Source: Zancudomyces culisetae HAW-14-8 (Eukaryota > Fungi > Kickxellomycota). Taken from it: DNA of 64,000 nucleotides. This document shows positions 39,053 to 51,293 of this stretch, piece by piece (within the stretch, counting starts at the first letter, position 1; each line of letters begins with the position of its first letter). Where the stretch lies: contig JBNJNM010000006.1 of NCBI GenBank assembly GCA_052426225.1, forward strand, positions 868,001-932,000. Reading direction: 5' to 3'. The translations under genes were made by a program, and so were the position numbers. The notes under the pieces were generated by a model. It saw nothing but the letters and a program-made list of their open reading frames with translations, searched no databases and was not told the origin of the DNA.

Positions 39053-40521
39053 ATGGATGTCGATAGCCTCCTGAATATAATGCGTTTTCTGAGTGGAAAT
39101 AATGATTACAGAATTAATGATGGTGATTATATTGATATGGAAAACAGTGACAATGAAAATATTAGTTGCTAAAATAAAGAGCTTTTTGTGTTGTTATAGT
39201 TTCTATGTATTTGAGATTTGGTGAGTTTTGGTCTTTCTTTTTATTATTTTTTTCAACAAAAATTTGAAAAGGTAGTCCAAGTTATCTAGCTATTCAGTAT
39301 ATGACTCTTTGTTTTATCTCATTTGGGTACTTTGCAAATAAATCTGATTTATCTCCTATAAATATTCTTTAGTCGTTCTTGTGGGTTTAGTAAACATGTT
39401 TCCCAGTAGCTATGCTATAAACAGTTGGAAGAGTTGGAATACTGAATTAATCGGGTATGTTTTTTTCACTTTCACCATTTATAAGGTGAAAAACTAAAAA
39501 TAAATAACGCTAAAAGTGTTTAAAAACTTCTTTAAAAGCATATACTTGATGCTTCATTTTATTTTTTAGGCTGTGGCTGGTATAAAATCACACAGTACCA
39601 ACCAACCATATATTTGCTGTTTTTACCTTATTAGCAGATCTGATAATATCGTGTGGTGTTGGGAGTAATGATGATAGGATATATAAAAATGGGCGGAGTT
39701 TTTCAGCAGGTAGGCTGGAAAACGTGGATCACATCGTTAGAAAGTTTAAGGTTCAGTATCCATTGTGCGACAAGAACTGCGCAGAAATCATTGAGAACAT
39801 TTTTCTGGACTGCACAATGTGGGTAGAGCCTCAGTTTATGTTTCTGGAACGTATTCCAGAAGTATCAGTTGCAGGGAGTGAGGATAACGGTAGGAGAGAA
39901 ATGATGAGATGACTTTGTGAGCAGAATCCTTGGAGGGGAATCATAAAGGCTGGTTACTTTACCCATAGAAGATAACAAAGCAAAAATAACACCCTTAGTT
40001 GGACTAGATACGGAATAGCTGGTGAATAGTTTGTGTAGCTAATACTGTATTCGGGTAGCTGAAATAACCGATAAAACACCCCCACATGAAACGCTTTGAT
40101 AGTAGGACTGAGCTTCAAAGTCTACACGCTTTAATACCTAAACACCTGATAAAATAACAACAGTTTTTATGTAGTTATACTTGCAAAATTTAGGTATAAA
40201 ACTTCATTTTCTATAAAAATGCACTTGGATAACAACTATTTAAACAAAATATACGCATGCCTATATAAATATAATTATCATGTAAGAAAAGTCAAACTCT
40301 GAGCTGAATCCTTGGTATTGTCTATTTTTTTAAAAATGGTATGCTAACATCCGAGCGTCTCGCCAATTTAATTTTAAAGATATTATAAGTATAGAAAAAT
40401 AGCTCATCAAATGTTTTTATACATATAAAGCGGTGAATCGCGTTTCATAGCCTCATTAAAGCTACCACCCTTTCTTTTTTTTGATAAGTCTGGCTCAGGA
40501 AAACTTGTTTCACAAGAATTA

Positions 40522-41789
40522 CTAATTTGTGAAAGTGTTTATTTGTCGCGGATTATCCAGTACAGGAAAGTTTATATTTCGTTCTCTAATTTGGTTAGTG
40601 TAGTCTAGAGCTGGAGCTGGTACCAACACTTTACTAATGTGGTTTCGTGAAGCTATATATTTGTTTTGATGACCAATGCTATTTTGCAGGCTGTGGCTGT
40701 AGGGACCTTCGGAGATTTTATATGTTTTCTGTGCGGGTATATGTGCGACGCAAGGGTTTTTTAAACTCAATGTATTGTAAGGCGAATGAGCTTCAATTGG
40801 ATCTACACTGTACATAGCTGCTCTTTCGTACTTATTTTTATAAAATAACGAAGCGACTCTATCCAGATCTTGTGGAGTGATTCGTAGGTCAAAGTCCTAA
40901 ATAATAAATTGCAGCCCTTTATTTATAAATGACTAAAGTCTATACATTCGTATTATGTAATGGTGTGGATGGTGACTTACAATCAAGAATAAAAACTGTT
41001 TTTCCATTAGATTTACTTCCTGGAGCGAAAACATTGTAGAATACCTTGCCCAATATTTATTTTTTGGCGATGCATCGTTTAGATATTTGCTATTTAAAAA
41101 ATAAGATTGGGATTAACGGTTTTGAACTCCAAAAGATGGTTGTGTATAATAGAAATAAGAGTAGTAGCGATAGTAGAATGCGTACCCAGCAATTATCAGA
41201 GATGCCAAAAAAATTCTATGACATGTACACTCGATACCTACAATGTATTTTAACCAAATTTTCATTTTTTTTAGCATCACGTAGTCTCATCTTATAGACT
41301 TTATTGGTGCCAACTCTTAAAAAAGAAGAGATAACATTAATATACACGCTAATAATCAGAAGTAAGTACTCACCTCTGGCACCACTTGGCAACTTTCTCT
41401 TTAATCTATCCAAATATTCAACTGTACAAATCAGGGTTCCAGCATGGACCTTTGATTTTATTACCAAGTTTGTAATAAAACTCCTTAGGGATATTAATTT
41501 ATTTTCGGATTGGTAGTATTCAGAGTCGTCTATTGTTGCACTGCTTGATAATGGCGATGAAGATATGCTGGATTCGCTTGATCCGGACACCCTTCGATCG
41601 TTTTCAGAGGTCCTCTTGCATTGGATTATTCTTGCTGCCTTAGCTGCTAGAATGTCTAAAATAGATGGCACGGTATTTATATTTATCTTTTCTTTGGTAA
41701 GCTAAGTGGTTATATTTAGACACACAAATATTACCTATCATTTCTTTGGTCACTTCACCTCGGATTAATTCCTGAGTCCTGCTATCCAT
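40522..41789 (-). CDS. Pho85-type cyclin, Pcl1/Pcl2 subfamily (5 exons)
   Basis: Spliced translation gives MDSRTQELIRGEVTKEMI|DILA..., LRSFITNLVIKSKVHAGTLICTVEYLDRLK, CTCHRIFLASLIIAG|KYLNDASPKNKYWA and EVNLMEKQFLFLI|DFDLRIT. An in-frame upstream ATG at 41801 is also possible. Confidence 0.9.
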
Positions 41790-44615
41790 TTTCCACATCA
41801 TTTTGAGTCGTTCAAGTAATAACGTTGTGCTTAGGCAATTAACAGCGTGATGGTTTACAGAAAAAGATATATCAACGATTTGTGATCGCGTGTTTATTGT
41901 AAATTGTTTTACTGTTTTATTCTTATTTCGTATGTTTATTGTTTAGTTGATATTATCGATCTAATAAGTGTACTATTCATATATATTTAGTTCCAATTCG
42001 ATTCAATTCGCTATTTTTCTTGAAATTCCATTTACTCGCGCTTTCTGTTGGAGTGGATATGATATTTATTGATACTGCTATCACTAGAAGCAGTTAAAAT
42101 GTATACCCAATACTATTGTTGACTGATATTTGACGGTGTTAAATGGTTATATTTAGTCTGGTTATAACCGAATAGGTAAACGGTATATTATCGAGCGTTT
42201 ACCTCTACAATAAAGTGTTAGTTATTTATATTGAACACTATCTAATTATAGTATATAAGAGCTGCTTTTTTTTAAAACAAGAGATGCATGGTCGCAAAGA
42301 ACATAAATTTAATCAAACATTGTCTTTTGCATCTACATATACAAGGAACAAAAGTGATGTATGCTATTACAAGAATAAGGACTCCATGCTACTTAGTTTT
42401 TAAGGGTAGGTGGTAAGCTAACCGCTGTGTGGTTGACAATGCCGCGTTTTTTTTATTTTTTTATTTTACTTTTTACAGGATTGTTTTCAGCAACAAAAAT
42501 ATACACTATTTGAATGTGACAGGAAAATGAAAAGGCGGTTAAAAAAAAAGACAAATAATATTGGCATAATGGGACTAGGGCTATTTAAAACCAATTGAAA
42601 TGCAAGTTTTGTGTTGGCTAGATGCCACGGCTTTGTTCAAGAAGTGATAGCCAGATTCTAATATAACATCGACTCCTCCCAGAATCAAATGTCCATAAAA
42701 AGGGGGAGTAAAAGACGAGAAATAAGAGGTTATACACCAAAGAGCCTGGTATATAGAGGGGGGAAGTGAATCCAATAGCATAACAGACTAGAGTCTGTGA
42801 AGACATATTATATTTTCCTATAGAATAAATATTTAATGTATCGCAATTATGCATTCCCGATCGATCATACCTGTATATGGCAATGAAGTTTGTTGCACTA
42901 TTCTCACTATTGGCGAAATGCAAATAAAGTGTCTAGCCTAGGTAGGGAGTAAAAACGAAAGTAAACCAACGAAAATGGGAAATCTTTTTGTGATTACGAG
43001 CTATAAACTAACTTTAATAGGTGTGGAGAAGGGAAAGAGGGGGAGGAGGGAGGGGGGAGGAGAAATAAGAAGAATAATAGTAATAAATTCAAACAAGGAC
43101 TTGTGTTGGGAGATGTTGCACTGAGCTATTCTAATAATTCTAGATTTACTGTACCTCCATTTCACATTTGAAAACATACTGGATTCGGGAGAATTAAAAA
43201 ACAAAAAAAAAAAGAAAAACACCAATCAAGCAACTATAGAAGCTAGAAGAGGTCATAAAGCAAGAAAATCGTATCAATAGTAGCAATAAATGGGGGGGGG
43301 AGGCGGAGGGGAAGACTAAAAAAAAAATAACCCTAAAAGCAATGCAACCAAGCTTCCAATTGGAAATAGGATCTGCTGCTTTTCATATTTTAAGCTTTAT
43401 CAACAGACTCATGTTCTGAATTAAAAAAATTCCAGGTTAAAAAATACATAGAGAAAAAGTAGCTGCACATCAGAGCTCTAGATTAGCATAGCCATTGTGG
43501 ATGTGTGGTAAATACGCATGCAACAGTGGTATCTGGAGGCTGTATCAGTAAAAGATCGTTTATAGAAAGGTGAGAGAGAGGAAGAGAGGAGAGTTTTTAC
43601 ATAAAAGATACGGACTAATTGATGGGTGGGACTGTTCTGCATCACGGGTGGATTTTTTTAAACTTTAGCATTGGTCATACAGGGGTTTAATGGACTTTAG
43701 CTTATATATTGAAGATACGCACCCCCCCCCCAAAAAATGCGAGTCTATTTCAGTGCCGAAAAATAAAAAAAAACTCAAACGTTTGCTTATAGCTTTACAT
43801 TTTCCAGCAAACCTTAACTCGGCGTGTAAACAAAAGAATGTATATCCACTCCAGTGGGTTGCATGTTGCGTCTGAATAAAATAAAAGATACTAAAAGTGG
43901 TATTTGCGTAAACCAGTAGCAGAAATTTTATTTACGCCTGGACGTTGGACCAAAAGATAGAGGACCAAGTTGGTATCTGGATTGAGTATGTGTTTATTCA
44001 TGCAGTGACACACACAATACGCTTTTCCTATCCCATTATTTATTTATTCACGCCAGAATATAATCCGTATACATTGACAGTATTTTAATGGGAGAGATGC
44101 TCCTTCAAGGCAGTTGACATTTATCACTGTGTGGCTAATTTTGGTTTTGGATTCAGATGCGTTTACACCCTCGTTTTATTTAATACTTTGAGCTAATTGT
44201 GATAAAAAAACTAAGAATAACAATATATCCAATAAAATAAAAAACATGGGTGGTGGAAATTGACAAGTGTTATAATTACATTCCATTTTCTTGTTAGGCA
44301 AAATCGTTTAGAAATTACCATGAATGAACTATTTCACGATTTACGATGTAGAATTACAGTTTGTAACTAATACAAAGCATGTCACTAAATAGTACCACAC
44401 TGTTGTCTTTAATTACGTTTTATTTTTACATCTATTGGTGTCATAGCAGGCATACATAGAGTAAAGTCGATACACTGGTTGTGAGTATGTCAGAGAAAAA
44501 AGATACGGTTTTCCTAGTTTAATTGTCTTTTTACTCTGAGCTGCAGCATAATAAATCACAAAAAGTAGTATAAATTAATTGTATTCGACGGTACAGTGGG
44601 AATCTAGATGAGAAA

Positions 44616-44671
44616 AAAGACAGGAAATGATAAAGACAGGAAATGATAAAGACAGGAAATGATAAAGACAG
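44616..44671. repeat. Intergenic 16-nt tandem repeat AAAGACAGGAAATGAT x3.5
   Basis: Perfect copies visible directly. Confidence 0.9.
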
Positions 44672-47257
44672 AGGAACGGTCAACATATTATAAGCTGAAA
44701 ATTCCTAAAGTTTATCACATGAAGCTTTATATATCATATTTTAGCCGATTCAGTTTGTGTTGGTAAATGCAGAATAAGAGAATGTATGTGTTTCGAATAG
44801 GCTTTTAAAAGACCATATGTCTGATAACTAGAAATTACGTCTGTACTTGTGGAAATGGACAAACAATAGATCATACTAGTCTTTGAGCTCACGTTAGCAT
44901 ATAAATAGGTCCAGATCTAAGTCTGTTTTAAAATCACCTGCAAAGTTCAGTTCAATAATTTTATGTTTTAGGTTTAATAACTGAGCTGAAACAAAACGTG
45001 TAGATGAATGAAATTAACTTTGATGAGAAAAAATAAAGTTGAAAAATGTGCACAGGCGGGAAAATTGGTACAAAACACAATTCCTACTTTCTCACAAACA
45101 CATTATACAGTGTGATTCTTTTACTTCCGCTAAATAAAAAAACGTGATGTTGAACATACTTAAGGGGTAGTTGTGAAATGAGAGTAGGGGAGGGATATAT
45201 GCATAGAGTTAGGTGAGAAGAAGGAACGATTTGAAACGCTGAGTGGACCTTGGATTAATCCCATGCAAATAGTGTGACTGAGAGCAAGGCTTGTGTGTGA
45301 AATTATATATTCGACCCACAGAACTTGGCTGAGAAAAAAAAACTAAGATATGGGTAACTGTGCTCTTCATCAATAGAGCAAGCATGACTCATTTAAAAGT
45401 CAGGTTCAATCTTTTTTTTGTTGATAAACCGAAAAGTAACTGTTTTTGTTCTTGGCCAAAAACAAATTTAGAGCTAACTTGTGAAAGAAAAAATAACAGG
45501 GTTGATAAAAAAATATTACTAATAAAACTCAATTGAAAATCATAGTTAGAAAATAGAACGCGTATATTGGCTAGCTATTAAACAAAGCGATTAATGGAAA
45601 TAAAGTAAACAAATAAACCATCGACAATATTGATGAATAAATTCATAGTGATTCGCCAAGTGTCAAAAAAAATAATGCGGATGCAGAAAAATGACTGCGA
45701 ATAGAAGAGAGGCTATCCCTCTGGTAAATGTGTTTAGAAACTATCCGGGTAGCATTGGCAGAGGAAAAGTCAGCTTGGTTCAGCTAAACAAGTCCATGAT
45801 TTCTTTCACGCCAATAGATGCAGGAATGAGCCGAAAGAAAAGGGCGAATTAAAAGTCTGCTCACAAAAGACACCTGACACTTATTAACTAAAGCGAGTCC
45901 GCATAAAAGCAGCTATGTTTGATAAGGGTGGTTGGATTGGTGGAGGAGAGGGGGGGGGGACTGGACTTCAAACACGGGAAATTGACAATTAAGAAATTTT
46001 TTGATTTCCCTTTTTTGTGTTTTACATGCTCCGTATTTTGGGGGATTGTAGGAACAGTAAAAATTTAGAAAAAAAAGAGGGGGAGGAAGCACAAACAAAG
46101 CAAACCAGATTTTGGAAAAAAAAATTTTTTTATTCAACAAAGTGTTTGTTGAATGCATACTTTGGGGGGGGTGGGACAGTTCATTTTTCGCATTTTTTTG
46201 ACAGATAAGCATGAGCAAAGGCATAAGATTAAGTATAAGAACAAGTTAAGGGCAACTACAAGCATGAGTATAGGCACAGGCAGATAAACAAACAACATAC
46301 TCCAAAAAAAGGGGTCTATAATTAGAAAAGGCGCTGCAGTATTGAAAAAACAAAACCCAAACTCAAAGACAAATTTCCTGCAAGGAAGTTCTTTTTTTAG
46401 TTTGATTATTGTCTGTGGTTATAGAACAGAATTAAATAAAGTTGGCAAGGTTTTTATTGGGAAAGGAGATAAGGCGTCAAATTCATATCAAGCTGAACCA
46501 GTGATAAACTATAAAGCCATGTTAATAAATTTGGTTTGAAAAAAAAATGAGGGTGTGTGTGATGGGGTGGGGAGGGGGCATGGAAATAATGTGACATACA
46601 ACCATCTAGTATTTTTTTTCCTTTTTATTAACGCGATTACTAATTTCTGAAGTATTGGTAATACAAAATAATAAAATGAATTTTTACCACTATTTTTTTA
46701 GTGAGCAAATAAAAGAAACAGAACGAATATTAAAAAAGTTTTATTAGTAATAATTCCAAAATTCAAGAAAATTTCTAGATTGCTCTAGGAAAAAAATTAT
46801 AAACTAATGGAAAAGCTAAAACAGGAAAAAAAAAAAGTAGTATATACTCAAGCTTTTTTCTTCAAAAAAAAAAAGTAAAATATACAACCAAATTAAACGG
46901 TAAAACCAAATTTGAACACAAACAATATGTATAAAGTCAACAAAACAGTAGCAACAGTAAGCCGACAATACATAAAGAGGAGTAAATATAACATAAACAA
47001 AACTTTCTAATAAAAATTGAAAAAATAAAAACGAAATTTGTGCTTTTGAAGGATTTTAAGAAACAGCAACATCGAAGAGTGGCGAAAAAAAATATAAAAT
47101 AAATAAAAAAGGAGCAACTAAAAATATAAAAGACATATTCTAAAGGATACGTGCTATATAATATCGACATAGGGACGTAAAAGAGAAATTCAAAAAAGTA
47201 TCAAAAGTACAATAGATAGTAAAGTAGAAATTTAAGATAAAGCACGAAAAAAAAAAT

Positions 47258-49465
47258 ATGAGAGAGGGGAGAAAGAACAACACTGTTCTATTGAAAAACA
47301 AGAATTATAACATGGACAAAAACATGAAAACACAATTCGAGCAAATGAAAGTCGAAACAGTAACGCATACGAGCCAGAGTTGGGTAATCTCAGGCGTGAC
47401 AATAATGTCACAGGCACAAAAGCTAAACAGAATAGTAAAAAGTAGCAACCAAAATTTGATGGAAGCGATGCTGAAAAGCAAAGAAAAGGAGGAGAAAGTC
47501 AAGGTTGAAAGCAGGGTAGAGAAAAAAGCAAGAGAGCTAATTGAAGAAAATATACGGATGGAAAGAAAATTGCGAAGGCTTGAAAGGGATCTAGACCTAG
47601 CAAAAGGAGTATGCGAAGAGACGCTGAAACAGAAGCAAAACGAAATAGAAAGAAGGGTGAGAGAGGAAGCGCTATCATCAAAGCGCTACAAGGAGCTAAA
47701 TGAAAAGTACTTGGACAGCCAAGACAAATGGGATATGGAACGAGCAGAGCTGGTGGCAATTGTTGAAGATTTGACGGAAACGGTGGTAAATCTCGGAGGG
47801 CAAGTCAGCCAAGCAGCGCTAGATATAGCCAACGAGGTGTGTTTGAATGGAGAACGATTGGAGGTCGGAATAACAACCAAGAACGAAGGGAATAGCGGGG
47901 ATAAACGACTGATGTTTTTGAATGATATTCAGCCTACACAATTTATGTTTATGCATGAATGTGAAGAGTGGAGCGATGATGACGAGGACGATAGTGAGGA
48001 AGAAGCAGAGGGTCAAGAAAACAAACAAGAAGATGAAATAAGTGACGAGGAAGAAGAGTTTTCTGAGGATGAACATCATTTGGATGTCGAATTTTGTTTT
48101 ATCCAAGAAAACGGGAATCATGAAGAAGACTATGAAGAATTCATAGATGACGAAGTCTTGGAAAAAGAGGCCAACACTATAACCGATCCTGCAACCGAAT
48201 TCTTGAGTTTCTGGTCGAAAGAAACACAAAAAGTTGCTCCAAGTTTAGGTGATTGTTCCTTGGTTATGATTGAGCCCGATACTGAGACTGATGCTGAGAC
48301 TGATACTGAGCCCGACCTGGATGCTGATTTTAATGATGAGATGGAAACATACGTGGAAATCAAGCCATACATCCAATATTTAGATACACACGAACGTGTG
48401 TCGCGGTTTATACGCGTGGCTTCGTATAAGCTTATCCATGCAGCTGTCTCAAATGTCACTGCCATCAACCTAATCCTACTGCTCGACGAACTATCCAAAA
48501 CTTTCTGCACCTATTCATCGAAGCCTGCAAAACTCACAGCAATTCTCGAAGCTCTTATCGAAATAGCGGAATGGGAACTTAATAAAGTTGCAAAGACTCT
48601 GCCAAACGACGATTTAGTCTTTGGTTTGTTGAATTACACTACTTTTGGTGATGGTTGTTTAAGTAGCCGTACCATTTCTCCCGCATGTGATTCGGCAAAA
48701 CCTCTAGACTCTGCTTCCTCACTCTCCTCATCTACCTGTACTTTATCCCAATTCCCCGCTTGTCTTTCACTTAAATCCTGTTTGAAGAAGAAGCGATCTC
48801 CGTCGCTGTCTACCGAAAATCCCCTGCCGCGCAATGGCACACCAGAGAATCCCAAATGCCCTTCTCTCACTAACGATGACTCTTTGCTTTCTCAGTTCAT
48901 GGAACGATTATCCTGGCTGCCATTAACCAATTACGTCATCGGAATACTGCGCTGGAACTACAGCGAAGATCTCCAGGCATTGTTGGTCCAGATTCTGGCC
49001 AGGCTATGTTATGTAAGCGCAAAGAGACGTGCTGTCTTTGTATATGTTTTGCATCTGTTTCTGTATAATGATCTTATTGACAAACAGCTTTGCCAAAATG
49101 CCCTTGACCTATACCTGCATCTCATATCGTCCGAAAAACCTGTCAGCTCTGTAGATTTTACTGAGTTTGGTTTGAAAGAGCCCAAGAACCCGGCTGAGAC
49201 ACCCAAACCACATGAAAACAACAGCTTTGTTAAGGACTTGTACCTAAACTCCTGGGTTCACAAGTCTTTTGCGTTCGATACCTTGAACGTTGATGTAAAT
49301 GGAAATCCCCAATCTAGCCAATGTAACAACAGCGATAGCAGCCATACTTCTAAAAATCTTGGCAATGATAAAAACGATAACGGCTGCAATAAAAGTGCTA
49401 AGAATTGTGTATTAGCATCCATTTTTGGAGATAGGGTTGTCAAAAAGGTGCAATTCAATGTCTAA
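47258..49465 (+). CDS. Coiled-coil / acidic / degenerate W2(eIF2B-epsilon)-like protein with C-terminal RVxF motif
   Basis: 735-aa intronless ORF with an N-terminal coiled coil and a D/E tract. The helical region EDLQALLVQILARLC...FVYVLHLFLYNDLIDKQL resembles W2. Also LKSCLKK, and it ends KKVQFNV. Confidence 0.6.
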   Translation: MREGRKNNTVLLKNKNYNMDKNMKTQFEQMKVETVTHTSQSWVISGVTIMSQAQKLNRIVKSSNQNLMEAMLKSKEKEEKVKVESRVEKKARELIEENIRMERKLRRLERDLDLAKGVCEETLKQKQNEIERRVREEALSSKRYKELNEKYLDSQDKWDMERAELVAIVEDLTETVVNLGGQVSQAALDIANEVCLNGERLEVGITTKNEGNSGDKRLMFLNDIQPTQFMFMHECEEWSDDDEDDSEEEAEGQENKQEDEISDEEEEFSEDEHHLDVEFCFIQENGNHEEDYEEFIDDEVLEKEANTITDPATEFLSFWSKETQKVAPSLGDCSLVMIEPDTETDAETDTEPDLDADFNDEMETYVEIKPYIQYLDTHERVSRFIRVASYKLIHAAVSNVTAINLILLLDELSKTFCTYSSKPAKLTAILEALIEIAEWELNKVAKTLPNDDLVFGLLNYTTFGDGCLSSRTISPACDSAKPLDSASSLSSSTCTLSQFPACLSLKSCLKKKRSPSLSTENPLPRNGTPENPKCPSLTNDDSLLSQFMERLSWLPLTNYVIGILRWNYSEDLQALLVQILARLCYVSAKRRAVFVYVLHLFLYNDLIDKQLCQNALDLYLHLISSEKPVSSVDFTEFGLKEPKNPAETPKPHENNSFVKDLYLNSWVHKSFAFDTLNVDVNGNPQSSQCNNSDSSHTSKNLGNDKNDNGCNKSAKNCVLASIFGDRVVKKVQFNV

Positions 49466-51293
49466 ACAAAAAAGACATATTCGCTAAACAAAACAAAAAA
49501 CTGTAGTCAAAATGAGTATTATATCCTCCTAAAATGCCGTCATCTTTTTTTCAAACATATAAGTTTGTATCCTATCCTTTTGCTAGCTTGCACACATCTC
49601 GCCTATTCTTGCTATAGAGTTACTTTATTCATTTAAATTCAAAACCTGTATTGTTTCTTTATCGTTGATAAATTCATGTTAACATGTAACACCAGAGCCG
49701 TGTATGGAGAGAGATATAATATCAAGTCTTTTTTTGAGTATTATATTTGGTTTATTACTGTTATCGATTTCAAAAGTATTGCTTAGAAGCATCAAGGAAT
49801 GAGAATATGGGTGTATTATATATCCCGATCTAAATAAACCCATACTATACTACGCTAAATGATATTAAAAACTCTTGGTCTTCACAGCAAAGAGCATGGT
49901 GGTGTTTTGGATAGAAGTGCAATATTTCAAAGATGTTAATGTAATGTGTTTTGACCTGGTTTTATTGCCACTATGGTTATTATTGACGATGGGTATAAAA
50001 AATATCACCAAAGGTGCCAAATGTATTGGGATTACTTGGTGAAATGTATATGAAACAACTGACATACAACCAATATGACCAGCACAACAAGTGCTTCACC
50101 AGTATAGATTGAAGCTTAGTAGTTCATCAACATCCAAAGCAAAGCAATGGGATGCTTACTCTTATTATCTCTTCCCAACTCCAACACTCCCGCAATGCCA
50201 ATAATGGGATTAACACGGAGCTGCTGCATAAATGTGGTATAAGCATCTGTGTTCTTTTCTGGAAATCCATTCGTATTACAAAGATATCGAATTCGTTTGC
50301 GAACTGTTAAATATTTAGTTCCTCAGTAGTCTTTACAGTTATAATCATTGAAAATACATAGTAGCGAATGGAATTGTATTTATATAGGTGGAGGATAGAG
50401 ACTAATTGATCTGGCCAAACTCCAGTATCTTTCTCTTTGTCTTCCTATCCACATAAACACAGACTTTTATGAAGATCAACAGTCATTTGGTTCAAGTTGA
50501 GAGTATTTGATATAAAGACTAAGAGTATTGTTTGTAATTTGGATAGGTTGGTACAGAGATGAAGGGAAAAGTCATCTCCAGGCAAATGTTTGAGGATACA
50601 ACAAACTAAAAATCCCATATTTAAAAGTATAAGGCTTTAAAATTTGAAAAACCAGTAAGTAGATAGAGGGATAGGCACTATCAGTAAAATAAATAAAAAA
50701 CGTTCACTTGTTGTTAATTCTGGTAGCCTTCGTCATACTTTTTTCATTCTCTCTTTCTTTAGTAAACATTTTTTAAAATTTTTACAGCTCTTACCTCTGA
50801 GGGAGTGACTCTTTACGGTCCTCCTCCACTTCTTTTCTCTTTTGTACCATAAAATATATTTGTTTTCAAATATGAAAAACAGTATCAATTGCCTTGAATT
50901 CTGTTTAAAACTCAAGTATACGCTTGTACAAAAAAAAAATTTTTTTATTCATTTGCCAGGAAAAAAATAATTATCCTTTGCCCTTCCCTACCACTTCAGC
51001 CCTACCTCCTCCCCCTTATTTTTTAATTTTTTTGATCTAAAGCTAAATTAGATAATTCTGGGAAAAGCAAATCCAACAAAATATTATCTATTTTGAACAC
51101 TAGTTCATCAATTGCTCACCTTTAGTCCGTTTATTTTCCAAACAACTCTATTTAGAATCTCTCAAGTTTTCGTAATTCTGGCCCGACAAAGCTTATTGGA
51201 ATTTCACTTTCATACTAAATGTAAACGAAGAGCACTAGAATTCGCCACAAACAATTTACGCAGTATCCTAGGCATAGAAATATTGGAAATTAA

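Noticed and set aside
39724-39975. 62-aa ORF with possible TGA readthrough
   Set aside because: Non-ATG start and no recognisable homology.
49865-50520. Minus-strand coding-like fragments
   Set aside because: Multiple stops and no identifiable family; may be a decayed gene but cannot be supported.
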